From contig NW_027362768.1 in the NCBI RefSeq assembly GCF_046119375.1, forward strand, positions 369,830,001-369,894,000: DNA of 64,000 nucleotides. The letters are read 5' to 3'. The translations under genes and the position numbers were made by a program. Each line of letters opens with the position of its first letter. Position 1 is the stretch's first letter. The notes under the pieces were generated by a model, which saw only the letters and a program-made list of their open reading frames with translations, had not been told where the DNA came from and did not search any database. This document shows, in pieces, positions 36,901 to 48,200 of the stretch. The DNA is from Phyllobates terribilis. Its lineage: Eukaryota.

Positions 36901-37651
36901 AATACAGCGCTATAAATACCTTGTATAGTCATAGACTTCCATTTTACAATTCTGTCTGCCTGCAGTGACCACTAGAGGGCGCCTGTGAATTCACTGTATA
37001 CAGTCAGCTCTAAGGCTCCCTCTAGTGGTGGCTGTAGGTAAAAAGAATTTTATCATTAAACTATGATTTATGCAAGAGATTTGGAGCTCTGTGATTGTAA
37101 ATAAGACGTAATGATAAAGGTCTGTCTGTAGTCTTAAAGGGGATGTCCAGGACTAAGTTACTGATGACTTATCCCTACCCCGACGCCTGCACTGCTCAGA
37201 TCAGACCTGGAGCCTTGGCTGATGGCAGTTCACAGTGTAGGAGCTGGGATACCCCAGGTCTGTGGTGAATCTGATCTGAGCAGTGTATCCAGCACCAGAT
37301 ATTGGCTGATCCTCGGGGGTACCAGGTGTCGGACCCCCACCGATCTGATATTGATGACCCTACCCTAAGAATAATCTCATAAGCATCCTGGTCCTGGACA
37401 ACCCCTTTAAGTTTTGTTTTCCCCCACCCTTAGGCTGGGTCGGGGACGTGGACGAGTTCGCCCTCCATGGCGGCTGCCTCGTGACCGAGGGAACCAAGTG
37501 GATTGCAAACAACTGGATCAACGTGGATCCCAACAAGGCGCGACAGCTGTGGTTCCAGCAGGAGATGGCCCGATACGCCCAAGACGAGCAAGAAAGCCAG
37601 AAGGAGTGGACGGTGGACAAGTCGTACAAGGACATCCATGTGGACTTATAG
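15943..37651 (+). CDS. p4htm: Transmembrane prolyl 4-hydroxylase, complete, 9 exons, 491 aa
   Basis: Exons 15943-16266, 19753-19834, 29937-30127, 32913-33009, 34164-34326, 35665-35850, 36013-36103, 36374-36497, 37434-37651 (1476 nt, in frame). Features: TM helix [25 protein letters not shown], two EF-hands ([24 protein letters not shown]), Fe(II) ligands HxD (HAHMDSG) and H (ALHGGC), 2-OG Lys (TKWIAN), C-terminal HVDL. Confidence 0.97.
20098..20103 (-). terminator. Candidate poly(A) signal of crescent
   Basis: AATAAA on the - strand (plus TTTATT) followed by GU-rich gtgtgtgcgt; the first canonical hexamer I found downstream of the stop at 20912. Confidence 0.45.
20316..20620. mobile_element. 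T2/Kolobok-type MITE with internal inverted repeat, in the predicted crescent 3' UTR
   Basis: TTAA|AGGGGTTGTCCA...TGGACAACCCCT|TTAA; internal arms ggtcacctgactgc...tgtgattggctgcag / ctgcagccaatcaca...gcagtcaggtgacc. Confidence 0.75.
20912..21228 (-). CDS. frzb2: crescent exon 4 (NTR domain)
   Basis: ttctttctgcag|CT GCA AAA ATT...[11 protein letters not shown]...[20 protein letters not shown]...HHKCRS TAG. Confidence 0.93.
20912..27808 (-). CDS. frzb2: Crescent (secreted frizzled-related protein, sizzled/crescent clade), complete, 4 exons, 300 aa, nested antisense in p4htm intron 2
   Basis: Exons 27808-27483, 26520-26351, 24847-24758, 21228-20912 (326+170+90+317 = 903 nt), all GT-AG, phases 2/1/1. 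Signal peptide, Frizzled CRD ([104 protein letters not shown]) and NTR domain ending KWKHHKCRS*, matching crescent as I recall it. Confidence 0.93.
21253..23523. repeat. GC-rich 39/40-bp minisatellite, about 57 units, crescent intron 3
   Basis: Unit ggagccatcgcgcaactctcggcgctccctccacccgtac (40 bp) in the centre; 39-bp variant ggagccgcgcgcaactcctggcgctccctccacccgtgc at the ends. Confidence 0.95.
24758..24847 (-). CDS. frzb2: crescent exon 3 (90 nt, absent from ORF track)
   Basis: ctcttacag|CG GTG CCC CGT GCC AGC TGC...(T)[30 protein letters not shown]|gtaagt. Confidence 0.92.
24950..25285 (+). mobile_element. Degraded Tc1-like remnant (transposase C-terminus and right TIR)
   Basis: CAGTCCTCCAAGATGTTTGGAAC (VLQDVWN-like) and ...acacctgcctaaaactttt, which resembles a Tc1 terminus. 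Confidence 0.45.
25401..26326. repeat. 86-bp minisatellite, about 10-11 copies, crescent intron 2
   Basis: Unit gcaccagcagaatagtgagtgcagctctggagtataatacaggaggtaactcaggatcagtaatgtaatgtatgtacacagtgact; repeated ORFs are offset by 86 nt. Confidence 0.93.
26351..26520 (-). CDS. frzb2: crescent exon 2 (170 nt, absent from ORF track)
   Basis: gtgacag|G ATT ATA AAG CCG TGC...[57 protein letters not shown]|gtaagt. Confidence 0.93.
27483..27808 (-). CDS. frzb2: crescent exon 1 (signal peptide and CRD N-half)
   Basis: ATG AAG ATG ATG AGT (MKMMSAW...[25 protein letters not shown]...APICLD) GG|gtaaag. The exact start Met is inferred. Confidence 0.88.
27853..27860 (-). promoter_or_regulatory. TATA box of crescent
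   Basis: TATAAAAA on the - strand, 45 nt upstream of ATG 27808, preceded by a GC-rich run. Confidence 0.6.
28866..29012. repeat. 21-bp minisatellite, 7 copies
   Basis: ccggccaagacggctgaggtc, with ccggccgacacgg variants in two central copies. Confidence 0.92.
29186..29562. mobile_element. T2/Kolobok-type MITE
   Basis: TTAA|AGGGGTTTTCC...GGAAAGCCCCCT|TTAA. Confidence 0.7.
30461..30906. mobile_element. Palindromic TTAA MITE (related copy near 15000-15390)
   Basis: TTAA at both ends; arms agctcgttgcctaggagaccgaccaccactgctg / cagcagtggtcggtctccaaggcaacgagct. Confidence 0.65.
32140..32330 (-). mobile_element. Degraded Tc1 transposase remnant
   Basis: The - strand reads as a corrupted VPMKGN..QDI.DN....LW.QFGE.PF segment of a Tc1 catalytic domain. 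Confidence 0.45.
37138..37406. mobile_element. T2/Kolobok-type MITE just upstream of the last p4htm exon
   Basis: TTAA|AGGGGATGTCCAGGAC...GTCCTGGACAACCCCT|TTAA. Confidence 0.75.
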
Positions 37652-40557
37652 GAGGAGAAGAGCCTGGCTAGTGGCCGACGCGGGGACAGAGCGCGGCCAT
37701 CGCTTCCCCCCCGTCCTCTACACGCCCCGTCCATCTCGCTCCACTTCCCGATTTTTGAGCTGGGGGCTTTTGGTCGGTCGGGGGTCTGCCATTAGGGCCC
37801 CAGTATGGAGGCGATGAGGAGGGTCTGCATGGCGGGAATACAGGGAGGATAGCGCAGACGGGCTCGTCACACAGGGCAGACGGATGTGCCGCGCTCAGCT
37901 GGAGCCTTTGGCTTCTTACACGCGGCCAGGTTACATTTTTTTGTAAAATTTCCAATTTTGCATGTCTTAAGACCACCGAATATTACCATTCATATCACCG
38001 CCGCGATGGCTGCATCATATCTGGTCGACCAGGGTTTAGAAAAAAAAAAAATAGCTGCCTTGTAGAAGCATGTCTCCTGCTGATCCCTATGACAACACTT
38101 CCAGTCCTGCACCTTTAAAAGGGGACTTTTTGCAAATCAGGATTTGCATCAGTGCCCGCATCAGTAGGGGGCAGATTTTGGTGTTAATTGTGAGGTCCAA
38201 GGGGTCAAAATAGAGACCGGCTTTTACAAGACACCGTGGATCAATAGTATTTATTATGAAGCTAGAAAATACCTTCAAAGAACATATTAAAGGGGCTTGT
38301 GTCCTCTTTGACACCACGTCATTTTAGACGCATTATTCTAGCAGATACAGCACTCCAAGTCTCCCCTGCAAACAGTGAGGTGATGTAATTCTGTCTGACA
38401 CCACTAGAGGGAGCGCACTGTTTTATTACTGGGAGAAGGGAGCTCCCTCTAGTGGTGACTGCTGGGAAACAGAATTTTATCTTTTAACCGTCTATGCAGG
38501 GGATTTGGTTCTTTGTATCAGATAAATGGACCCTGCACAGGTACAAAGATATAAGAAAAATACGACAGATCTATTGCGACAGGCTTATCTCCTGTACCCA
38601 TGAGCTGAGGAAGGAACCATCTCATCAGTGCATGCGTAAAAAATTCTTTATCATCAGACGGGGGTCACTTTTTTTTTTTGCATTTGCACCCAAAGAACAA
38701 CATATTTATTTATTTATTGATTGAATATAATCAGGGTATTTGCATTAATTAATGATGAATGTGGATGAGCTTCAGTAGTCAGCGGGGCTCCACTTTATTG
38801 GAAAAGCGCTGAAACAAAACTGACCCTCTTTTATATTTATTTTCCTATTTATTCATTATTGTACATTTTTTGAGATCTATAGCTTTAAAATGTTTCCATA
38901 ATGGATCGAAGGTGAGAAGATGACGTATCCCGAGCACGGGGACCCCATGGGAATCATCATCTCTGAATACAATGCAAAGAAGTATCAGATATCCTGCGAG
39001 CTGCTGTAATCAGTGTTATAAATTATGTCTAGCTTTTATGGTCACATCATCTTGTTTTTTTTCCCTGTGCTGATTAATATCATTTTAGGATAGATTTTTT
39101 CCGATACAGAGCTCCAAATCCCCAGTTTAGTAGAAATAAAGTTATAGGAGTTTTCTGTTTTTAATTAAATATTCTTTACTTTCAGCCACCACTAGGGGGA
39201 GCTCACTGCAGGCCGTTTAACGATTGGGTTCAATGTGTAACTTTCTATGCTTTAATCTTGAGTTCCACCTAGTGGTGACTGCAGGTAGTGAAAATATAAA
39301 TTTTTTTGTTTTTGCAATTCTGTTTTCATCCTTTAATAATAATTATTTTTTATTTATATAGCGCCAACATATTCTGCGGCGCTTTACAATTCAGACAATT
39401 TAGAGATATTATCCTTCTTCTAAAACACTTTAATTTATTATACTTGTACAAGGACTTTTTTTTTTTATTTTATTTTGCAGGACAAAGTTGTTATTTTGAG
39501 TGACGCCATTTACTTTATCATACAATGTACTGAGAAACTTGAAAAAAAAATTGTAAATAGGTTGAAAAAGTCAAAAAAACAATAACATTTTTGGCTACCT
39601 GCTGTCACCAGTAGGGGGAGCTCCGGAGCTCGCTGCATACAGTTTATACATTGAATGTAATATGAAAACAGTAGGCTAATCTCTTCGGCTCCCCCTAGTG
39701 GTGACTGCATGTAGCCATAATTTTAATAATTTAAAGTGGTATCCCAGGCACTTTTACACTGATAAGCTATCATCCGGATAGGTCATTAAACTCTTATTGG
39801 TGGGGTCTGACTTCTGGTACCCCAATTTATCAGCTGTTGAAAAAGAACGGCAGTGCAGCGCTCTGTACATAGTGTTGTGACTCTGAGCGGTACAGCAACT
39901 TTCTCCTATTCCACTTTCATGGGACAGAGCCTGCAGTACCATTGATGGCCACTAGTGTGCATGGCGCTGCACCAGTTTTTGTGCACTGCGGCACTTCTAA
40001 TCTGCGGATCGGAGGCCGGTGGAAAACTGCTGGGGGTCCGAATCCCACTGATGAGGAGACGTCAATGATTGGTAGATGCAGGGGATTTGGAGCTAGGCAG
40101 TTAAAAACTGCTTTAAACTGCGGAGTCGGAGCGGCAGACAAAGGTTTTAAGATTTTCTTCTTTGTTCACAACTAAAGCTAAATTCAGAATTTTAAAGGCA
40201 GCTCTGGATGTGAATAGAGCAGAAGCGAAGTGTGAACCTGACCTTATATTCTTTCATCCTGTTATTGGAAATGTTTCCAGTCTATTCTAGAGGTTTATGT
40301 CTTTGTCACTTTATCACTGTGACTCCTGAAACGCGTGGGAGGATTGTACCTCACTGTTTACCCCCCAGGAGCAGGAGACTCGGCAGAACCATCTCACATC
40401 TTATTTATTTGCACGTTTCACTTTATATCGATGTTTCCTCCAATCATCAGGTTGTTTGTTCTGTTTAAATTATTAAAAAATAAAAATCTATTTATATTGT
40501 CTCCGCGTCCTGCGCCACCATTATACTCCACAAAACACTGCACCTAGTACTCCACCT

Positions 40558-43500
40558 GCTAGTATTATAGTAGTTATATTACTGTCCATAGGGGGCAGTA
40601 TTATAGTAGTTATATTCTTGTACATAGGAGCAGTATTATAGTAGTTATATTCTTGTACATAGGGGCAGTATTATAGTAGTTATATTCTTGTACATAGGGT
40701 GCAGTATTATAGTAGTTATATTCTTGTGCATAGGAGCAGTATTATAGTAGTTATATTCTTGTAATAGGAGCAGTATTATAGTAGTTATATTCTTGTACAT
40801 AGGGGGCAGTATTATAGTAGTTATATTCTTGTACATAGGGAGCAGTATTATAGTAGTTATATTCTTGTACATAGGGGGCAGTATTATAGTAGTTATATTC
40901 TTGTACATAGGGGGCAGCATTATAGTAGTTATATTCCTGTACATAGGGGGCAGTATTATAGTAGTTATATTCCTGTACATAGGGGGCAGTATTATAGTAG
41001 TTATATTACTGTCCATAGGGGGCAGTATTATAGTAGTTATATTCCTGTACATAGGGGGCAGTATTATAGTAGTTATATTCTTGTACATAGAGGGCAGTAT
41101 TATAGTAGTTATATTCTTGTACATAGGAGCAGTATTATAGTAGTTATATTCTTGTACATAGAGGGCAGTATTATAGTAGTTATATTCTTGTACATAGGAG
41201 CAGTATTATAGTAGTTATATTCTTCTACATAGGGGGCAGTATTATAGTAGTTATATTCTTGTACATAGGGGGCAGTATTATAGTAGTTATATTCCTGTAC
41301 ATAGGGGGCAGTATTATAGTAGTTATATTCCTGTACATAGGAGCAGTATTATAGTAGTTATATTGTTGTACATAGGGGGCAGTATTATAGTAGTTATATT
41401 CTTGTACATAGGGGCAGTATTATTGTAGTTATATTCTTGTACATAGGAGCAGTATTATTGTAGTTATATTCTTGTACATAGGAGCAGTATTATTGTAGTT
41501 ATATTCTTGTACATAGGAGCAGTATTATAGTAGTTATATTCTTGTACATAGGGAGCAGTATTATAGTAGTTATATTCTTGTACATAGGGTGCAGTATTAT
41601 AGTAGTTATATTCTTGTACATAGGGGCAGTATTATAGTAGTTATATTCTTGTACATAGGGGGCAGTTTTATAGTAGTTATATTCTTGTACATAGGGGCAG
41701 TTTTATAGTAGTTATATTCTTGTACATAGGGGCAGTTTTATAGTAGTTATATTCTTGTACATAGGGGCAGTATTATAATAGTTATATTCCTGTACTTAGG
41801 GGCAGTATTATAGTAGTTATATTCCTGTATATAGGGGCAGTACTATAGTAGTTACATTCTTGTACATAGTAGTAGTAGTATAATAGTTATATTCTTGTAC
41901 ATAGGGGGAAGTATTATAGTAGTTATATTCTTCTACATAGGGGGCAGTATTTTACTAGTTATATTCCTGTACATAGCGGGCAGTATTATAGTAGTTATAT
42001 TCTTGTATATAGGGGGCAGTATTATAGTAGTTATATTCTTCTACATAGGAGCAGTATTATAATAGTTATATTCTTGTACATAGGGGGCAGTATTATAGTA
42101 GTTATATTCTTGTATATAGGGGGCAGTATTATAGTAGTTATATTCTTGTACATAGGGGGCAGTATTATAGTTATATTCCTGTACATAGGAGCAGTATTAT
42201 AGTAGTTATATTGTACATAGGGGGCAGTATTATAGTAGTTATATTCTTGTACATAGGGGGCGGTATTATATTAGTAATATTCTTGTACATAAGGGTAGTA
42301 TTATAGTAGTTATATTCTTGTACATAGGAGCAGTATTATAGTAGTTATATTCTTGTACATAGGGAGCAGTATTATAGTAGTTATATTCTTGTACATAGGG
42401 GCAGTATTATAGTAGTTATATTCTTGTACATAGGGGCAGTATTATAGTAGTTATATTCTTGTACATAGGGGCAGTATTATAGTAGTTATATTCTTGTACA
42501 TAGGGGGCAGTATTATAGTAGTTATATTCTTGTACATAGGGGCAGTATTATAGTAGTTATATTCTTGTACATAGGGGGCAGTATTATAGAAGTTATATTC
42601 TTGTACATAGGGACAGTATTATAGTAGTTATATTCTTGTACATAGGGGCAGTATTATAGTAGTTATATTCTTGTATATAGGGTGTAGTATTATAGTAGTT
42701 ATATTCTTATACATAGGGGGAGTATTATAGTAGTTATATTCTTGTACATAGGGGGCAGTATTATAGTAGTTATATTCTTGTACATAGGGGCAGTATTATA
42801 GTAGTTATAATCTTGTATATAGGGTGTAGTATTATAGTAGTTATATTCTTATACATAGGGGGAGTATTATAGTAGTTATATTCCTGTACATAGGGGCAGT
42901 ATTATAGTAGTTATATTCTTGTACATAGGGGCAGTATTATAGTAGTTATATTCTTGTACATAGGGGTAGTATTATAGTAGTTATATTCTTGTACATAGGG
43001 GCAGTATTATAGTAGTTATATTCTTGTATATAGGTGTAGTATTATAGTAGCTATATTCTTGTACATAGGAGCAGTATTATAGTAGTTATATTCATGTACA
43101 TAGAGGGCAGTATTATAGTAGTTATATTCTTGTACATAGGGGCAGTATTATAGTAGTTATATTCTTGTACATAGGGAGCAGTATTACAGTAGTTATATTC
43201 TTGTACATAGGGAGCAGTATTATAGTAGTTATATTCTTGTACATAGGAGCAGTATTATAGTAGTAATATTCTTGTACATAGGAGGCAGTATTATAGTAGT
43301 TATATTCTTGTACATAGGGGGCAGTATTATAGTAGTTCTATTCTTGTATATAGGAGCAGTATTATAGTAGTTATATTCTTCTACATAGGAGGCAGTATTA
43401 TAGTAGTTATATTCTTGTACATAGGAGGCAGTATTATAGTAGTTATATTCTTGTACATAGGAGGCAGTATTATAGAAGTTAAATTCTTGTACATAGGGGT

Positions 43501-45140
43501 AGTATTATAGTAGTTATATTCTAGTACATAGGAGCAGTATTATAGTAGTTATATTCTTGTACATAGAGGGCAGTATTATAGTAGTTATATTCTAGTACAT
43601 AGGAGCAGTATTATAGTAGTTATATTCTTGTACATAGGGGACAGTATTATAGTAGTTATATTCTTGTACATAGGGGCAGTATTATAGTAGTTATATTCTT
43701 GTACATAGGAGCAGTATTATAGTAGTTATATTCCTGTACATAGGGGGCAGTATTATAGTAGTTATATTCATCTCTATAGGGTGTAGTATTATAGTAGTTA
43801 TATTCTTGTATATAGGAGGCAGTATTATAGAAGTTATATTCTTGTACATAGGGGGCAGTATTATAGTAGTTATATTCTTGTACATAGGAGCAGTATTATA
43901 GTAGTTATATTCCTGTACATAGGGGGCAGTATTATAGTAGTTATATTCTTCTCTATAGGGTGTAGTATTATAGTAGCTATATTCTTGTACATAGGGAGCA
44001 GTATTATAGTAGTTATATTCTTGTACATAGGAGGCAGTATTATAGTAGTTATATTCTTGTACATGGGGCAGTATTATAGTAGTTATATTCTTGTACATAG
44101 GGGGGCAGTATTATTGTAGTTATATTCTTGTACATAGGAGGCAGTATTATAGTAGTTATATTCTTGTACATAGGGGGCAGTATTATAGTAGTTATAATCT
44201 TGTACATAGGGGCAGTATTATAGTAGTTATATTCTTGTACATAGGGGGCAGTATTATAGTAGTTATAATCTTGTACATAGGGGCAGTATTATAGTAGTTA
44301 TATTCTTGTACATAGGAGGCAGTATTATAGTAGTTATATTCTTGTACATAGGGACAGTATTATAGTAGTTATAATCTTGTACATAGGGGCAGTATTATAG
44401 TAGTTATATTCTTGTACATAGGAGGCAGTATTATAGTAGTTATATTCTTGTACATAGGGACAGTATTATAGTAGTTATATTCTTGTACATAGGGGGCAGT
44501 ATTATAGTAGTTATATTCTTGTACATAGGCGGCAGTATTATAGTAGTTATATTCTCGTACATAGGGGCAGTATTATAGTAGTTATATTCTTGTACATAGA
44601 GGGCAGTATTATAGTAGTTATATTCTTGTACATAGGAGCAGTATTATAGTAGGTATATTCTTGTACATAGGGGGCAGTATTATAGTAGTTATATTCTTGT
44701 ACATAGGGGCAGTATTATTGTAGTTATATTCTTGTACATAGAGGGCAGTATTATAGTAGTTATATTCTTGTACATAGGAGCAGTATTATAGTAGGTATAT
44801 TCTTGTACATAGGGGGCAGTATTATAGTAGTTATATTCTTGTACATAGGGGCAGTATTATTGTAGTTATATTCCTGTACATAGGAGCAGTATTATAGTAG
44901 TTATATTCTTGTACATAGAGGGCAGTATTATAGTAGTTATATTCTTGTACATAGGAGCAGTATTATAGTAGGTATATTCTTGTACATAGGGGGCAGTATT
45001 ATAGTAGTTATATTCTTGTACATAGGGGCAGTATTATTGTAGTTATATTCCTGTACATAGGAGCAGTATTATAGTAGTTATATTCTTGTACATAGGGGCA
45101 GTATTATAGTAGTTATATTCTTGTACATAGGGGGCGGTAT
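40558..45140. repeat. 35/36-bp satellite array, about 4.6 kb (roughly 130 units), between p4htm and uqcrc1
   Basis: Unit gcagtattatagtagttatattcttgtacatagggg with a variable G-run or ggagc. Confidence 0.96.
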
Positions 45141-45180
45141 CATAGGTGTTAGCCGTGTAATCGCCACTAGAGACCTCCTA

Positions 45181-45283
45181 GCAGCAGAGGGCGCTCTTAC
45201 AAAATCTAGTATCACGCTGCTGCTTTCTTGTGTCTTTCTGCGCATGCGCTTGTCTGTCTCAGTGTCACCTGGAAGATGGCGGC
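45181..45283 (+). promoter_or_regulatory. uqcrc1 promoter: CTCF-like site, NRF1 site and YY1 motif
   Basis: GCAGCAGAGGGCGCT 45181-45195; TGCGCATGCGC 45239-45249 (NRF1 consensus, typical of OXPHOS genes); AAGATGGCGGC 45273-45283 over the ATG. Confidence 0.62.
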
Positions 45284-48200
45284 GTCCGTGTATAGAACCG
45301 GCAGTGCTGCGGGCAGGGCCCTGCTTTCCGCCCGCTCGGTGGGTGTTGCTCGGTTCCGGGTGACGGTGGGGGTCCTGGTGGGCTCTGGGGGTCGTCACCT
45401 CTTGTTCTGTGGTGGTCCGGCCGCTGTATAGAGAGGCCTCCGCTGTTTTCGGTGAAGGTCACCCAGTCCCCGGACACCGGAGGCCGCTGTGCTCGGTGTT
45501 GTCCTTTTCTCTCCGATCCCGCTGTTGTTATCTGGTGTCAGTTATTGGGGAGTGAAGACTTTTGCTGATTCTTGTGATTTTCTGCTGTTAACCCCTTATC
45601 ACCCGGCGGCTGTTCTTTCGGATGATGTGGTCATGTGACCTTATTCTGGGGCGTTTACGTGACGTGCGCTACTGTACGATCCGTATAATCTGGTTGTAAG
45701 TTTATTACAGACAGCGCCCCCCCGGTCCTCAGGTCCTGTCTGGTACTGCCGCTCTTCTGGTCACTTCAGGGTAGCGGAGCTATAATACCAGACACAATCA
45801 GCAGACAGGGAGGGGCGCTGGTCTTATAACAAACCCATTTTTTTTTTTTTTAAATGTTGGATAATCCCTTTAAGACGTCTTAAAGGAATATTAATCAGTG
45901 ATGTTTGATTAGGTTCTGTGATTGTGGCGCAGGGAGCCCATGGGGTGCAGGGGGACGCTGGGAACCTCTATTGGTCTTGTCAGTGGGACACAGCTGCAGG
46001 GCTTGTTACATTGTATCAGCGTGCACTAGGAGTCACAGACAGACATTGGGGATTCCTGCGCTCTTGTCTCTATGTAGCACATGGCCAGAAGCAGCAGCAC
46101 TGAGGACATTATACAGGAGTACTGAGCAGTGTAGCTGTGAATCCAGCACTTTAATGAGGTAACACTTGCTACAAAGCAGCAGGATAGAGAACGTTATACA
46201 GTAGTACTGTGCAGTGTAGCTGCAAGTCCAGCACCAGGGTGAGAGAGAACATTTTACTATGAAGCAGCAGGAGAAATATACGGCCGAACGTACTGATCAG
46301 TGAAGCTGTGAATCCAGCACTTTACTGAGGTAACACTTGTTATAAAGCAGCAGGATAGAGCATGTTATACAGTAGTACTGTGCAGTGTAGCTGCAAATCC
46401 AGCACCAGGGTGAGGGAAAACATTTACTATGAAGCAGCAGTAGCAGGAATAACATATGGCAGAACATACTGATCAGTGTAGCTGTGAATCCAGCACTGGT
46501 TGAGGTAACAATTGCTGTAAAGCAGCAGCATAGAGAACATTATACAGCAGCATTGTTCAGTGCAGCTTTGAATCCAGCACCAGGGTGAGATGAAACATTT
46601 TCTAGGAAGCAGCAGTAGCATTATTCAGCAGTGCTGAGCTGTGTAGCTGTGAATCCTTTTCTTAGGTGATATATAACACTTCCTACAAGTAACAGGTTGT
46701 TTCTGTGCCTCTCACTTTTTCATCCCCTGATAGAAAATTGCAGGAGGACACTATGTAGGTTTGGGGGATTGTAATCTTCTTATGATTCTCTTCCTGCAGT
46801 CCGCACTGTTAGGTGTGAAGAGGAGCCGCAGCGCCGTGTCCTACGCGCAGACAATAAGTAACATTCCCGATACCCAGGTCAGCTCACTGGAGAACGGACT
46901 GCGCGTCGCCTCTGAGGAGTCTGGACAACCCACGTGCACCGTAAGTCCTAATAAAAGGTCCCGCTCCTTTATAATAATCCTGTGTTTTACTGTTTATTTT
47001 GTTTTTAAACTTTTGTTTTTCTTCCTCTTACAAAAGTCAGAACTTTATTTTTCTGTCGATACGGCCGTACGAGGGCCGGTGTTCTGTAGTGGGGTGAAGC
47101 GTAACACGGATGGCCAGAATGGGACCATGGGCCTTAAATGCTGCTGTCATAGATTTACAGCGGCTTTTAAGGGGTCAACAGCAGCGATTGGCGCTAAGGG
47201 TTAATGACATCTGCTGGCTATAGTGCTTGCTCGGGACTTGGGCCTGCTCCATACACCAGTCTAAGAGCTTACATGTCCAGAAGATGCTGGGTAGGGATTA
47301 TAATGTTGATGTCCTATCTGCAGTCTGAGTCATCAGTATCAGATGGGTGCGGGTCTGACATAGGGCACCATTGGGGATCAGCAGTGGCCGGATATATGCA
47401 AGATACGGGGCCGGAACGGAGCAGCTCCTTACACTTTGTAGTGGCTGCTCCACTCCTGTTCACTTCAATGGTAACTGAGCTGCAGCACTTGTGAAGGTTG
47501 GAGCTGCTCCTCTCCATTTACTATTTACATCTGGAGGTGAGACTCCCACCCTTCTGATATTGATGACCCCCTTTTAGGTTCCTCCTTGCTTTCTGTGAAC
47601 TGGAACAATTGTGTTTACGTCCTGATGAAGGCTGACATCTGACATCCAGGCTGCACCATGACACGTTTTAGTTCCCTTTTGGATGCAATCGTGCATTCAC
47701 TGACACCAAGCAGAGATCTTGTAGTAGTTACAGATACAAGAACTGTTTGGAACAACCGTTTTGTTTCTGCCCGTCTGTAGGTCGGAGTGTGGATTGCAGC
47801 CGGAAGCCGCTATGAAAACGAAAAGAACAACGGAGCGGGATATTTCCTGGAACATCTGGCCTTCAAGGTAATAATGTGATTGCTTTTCTGAGCCCTGAAA
47901 CATTTTATTTTCTCATCGAGGGAGCAGTGCGAGGACTTGTTTCTCTCATACTGACATGCAGTTTTTATTGATACCATTTCGTGCTATATTTAACATTTTA
48001 ATTGCATTTTTTGGGTCGTTTCAGTGACAGTAAAACTTACATTTGGGTGTGTTGATCTTTTTATTTTACACAATTGAAAGATTGAACTTTTATGAACATG
48101 GCTATACCGAATATACAGTGGGTATGGAAAGTATTCAGACTCCTTTAAATTTTTCACTCTGTTTCATTGCAGCCATTTGGTAAATTCTAAAAAGTTATTT

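Noticed and set aside
40645-44294. MYKNITTIILPP / membrane-like repeat ORFs
   Set aside because: Translations of the 35/36-bp satellite, with frequent frameshifting unit-length variants.
47781-47867. uqcrc1 as an active M16 protease or as pmpcb
   Set aside because: The motif is YFLEH rather than HxxEH, the normal degenerate state of core 1. The exon structure and C-terminus fit UQCRC1.
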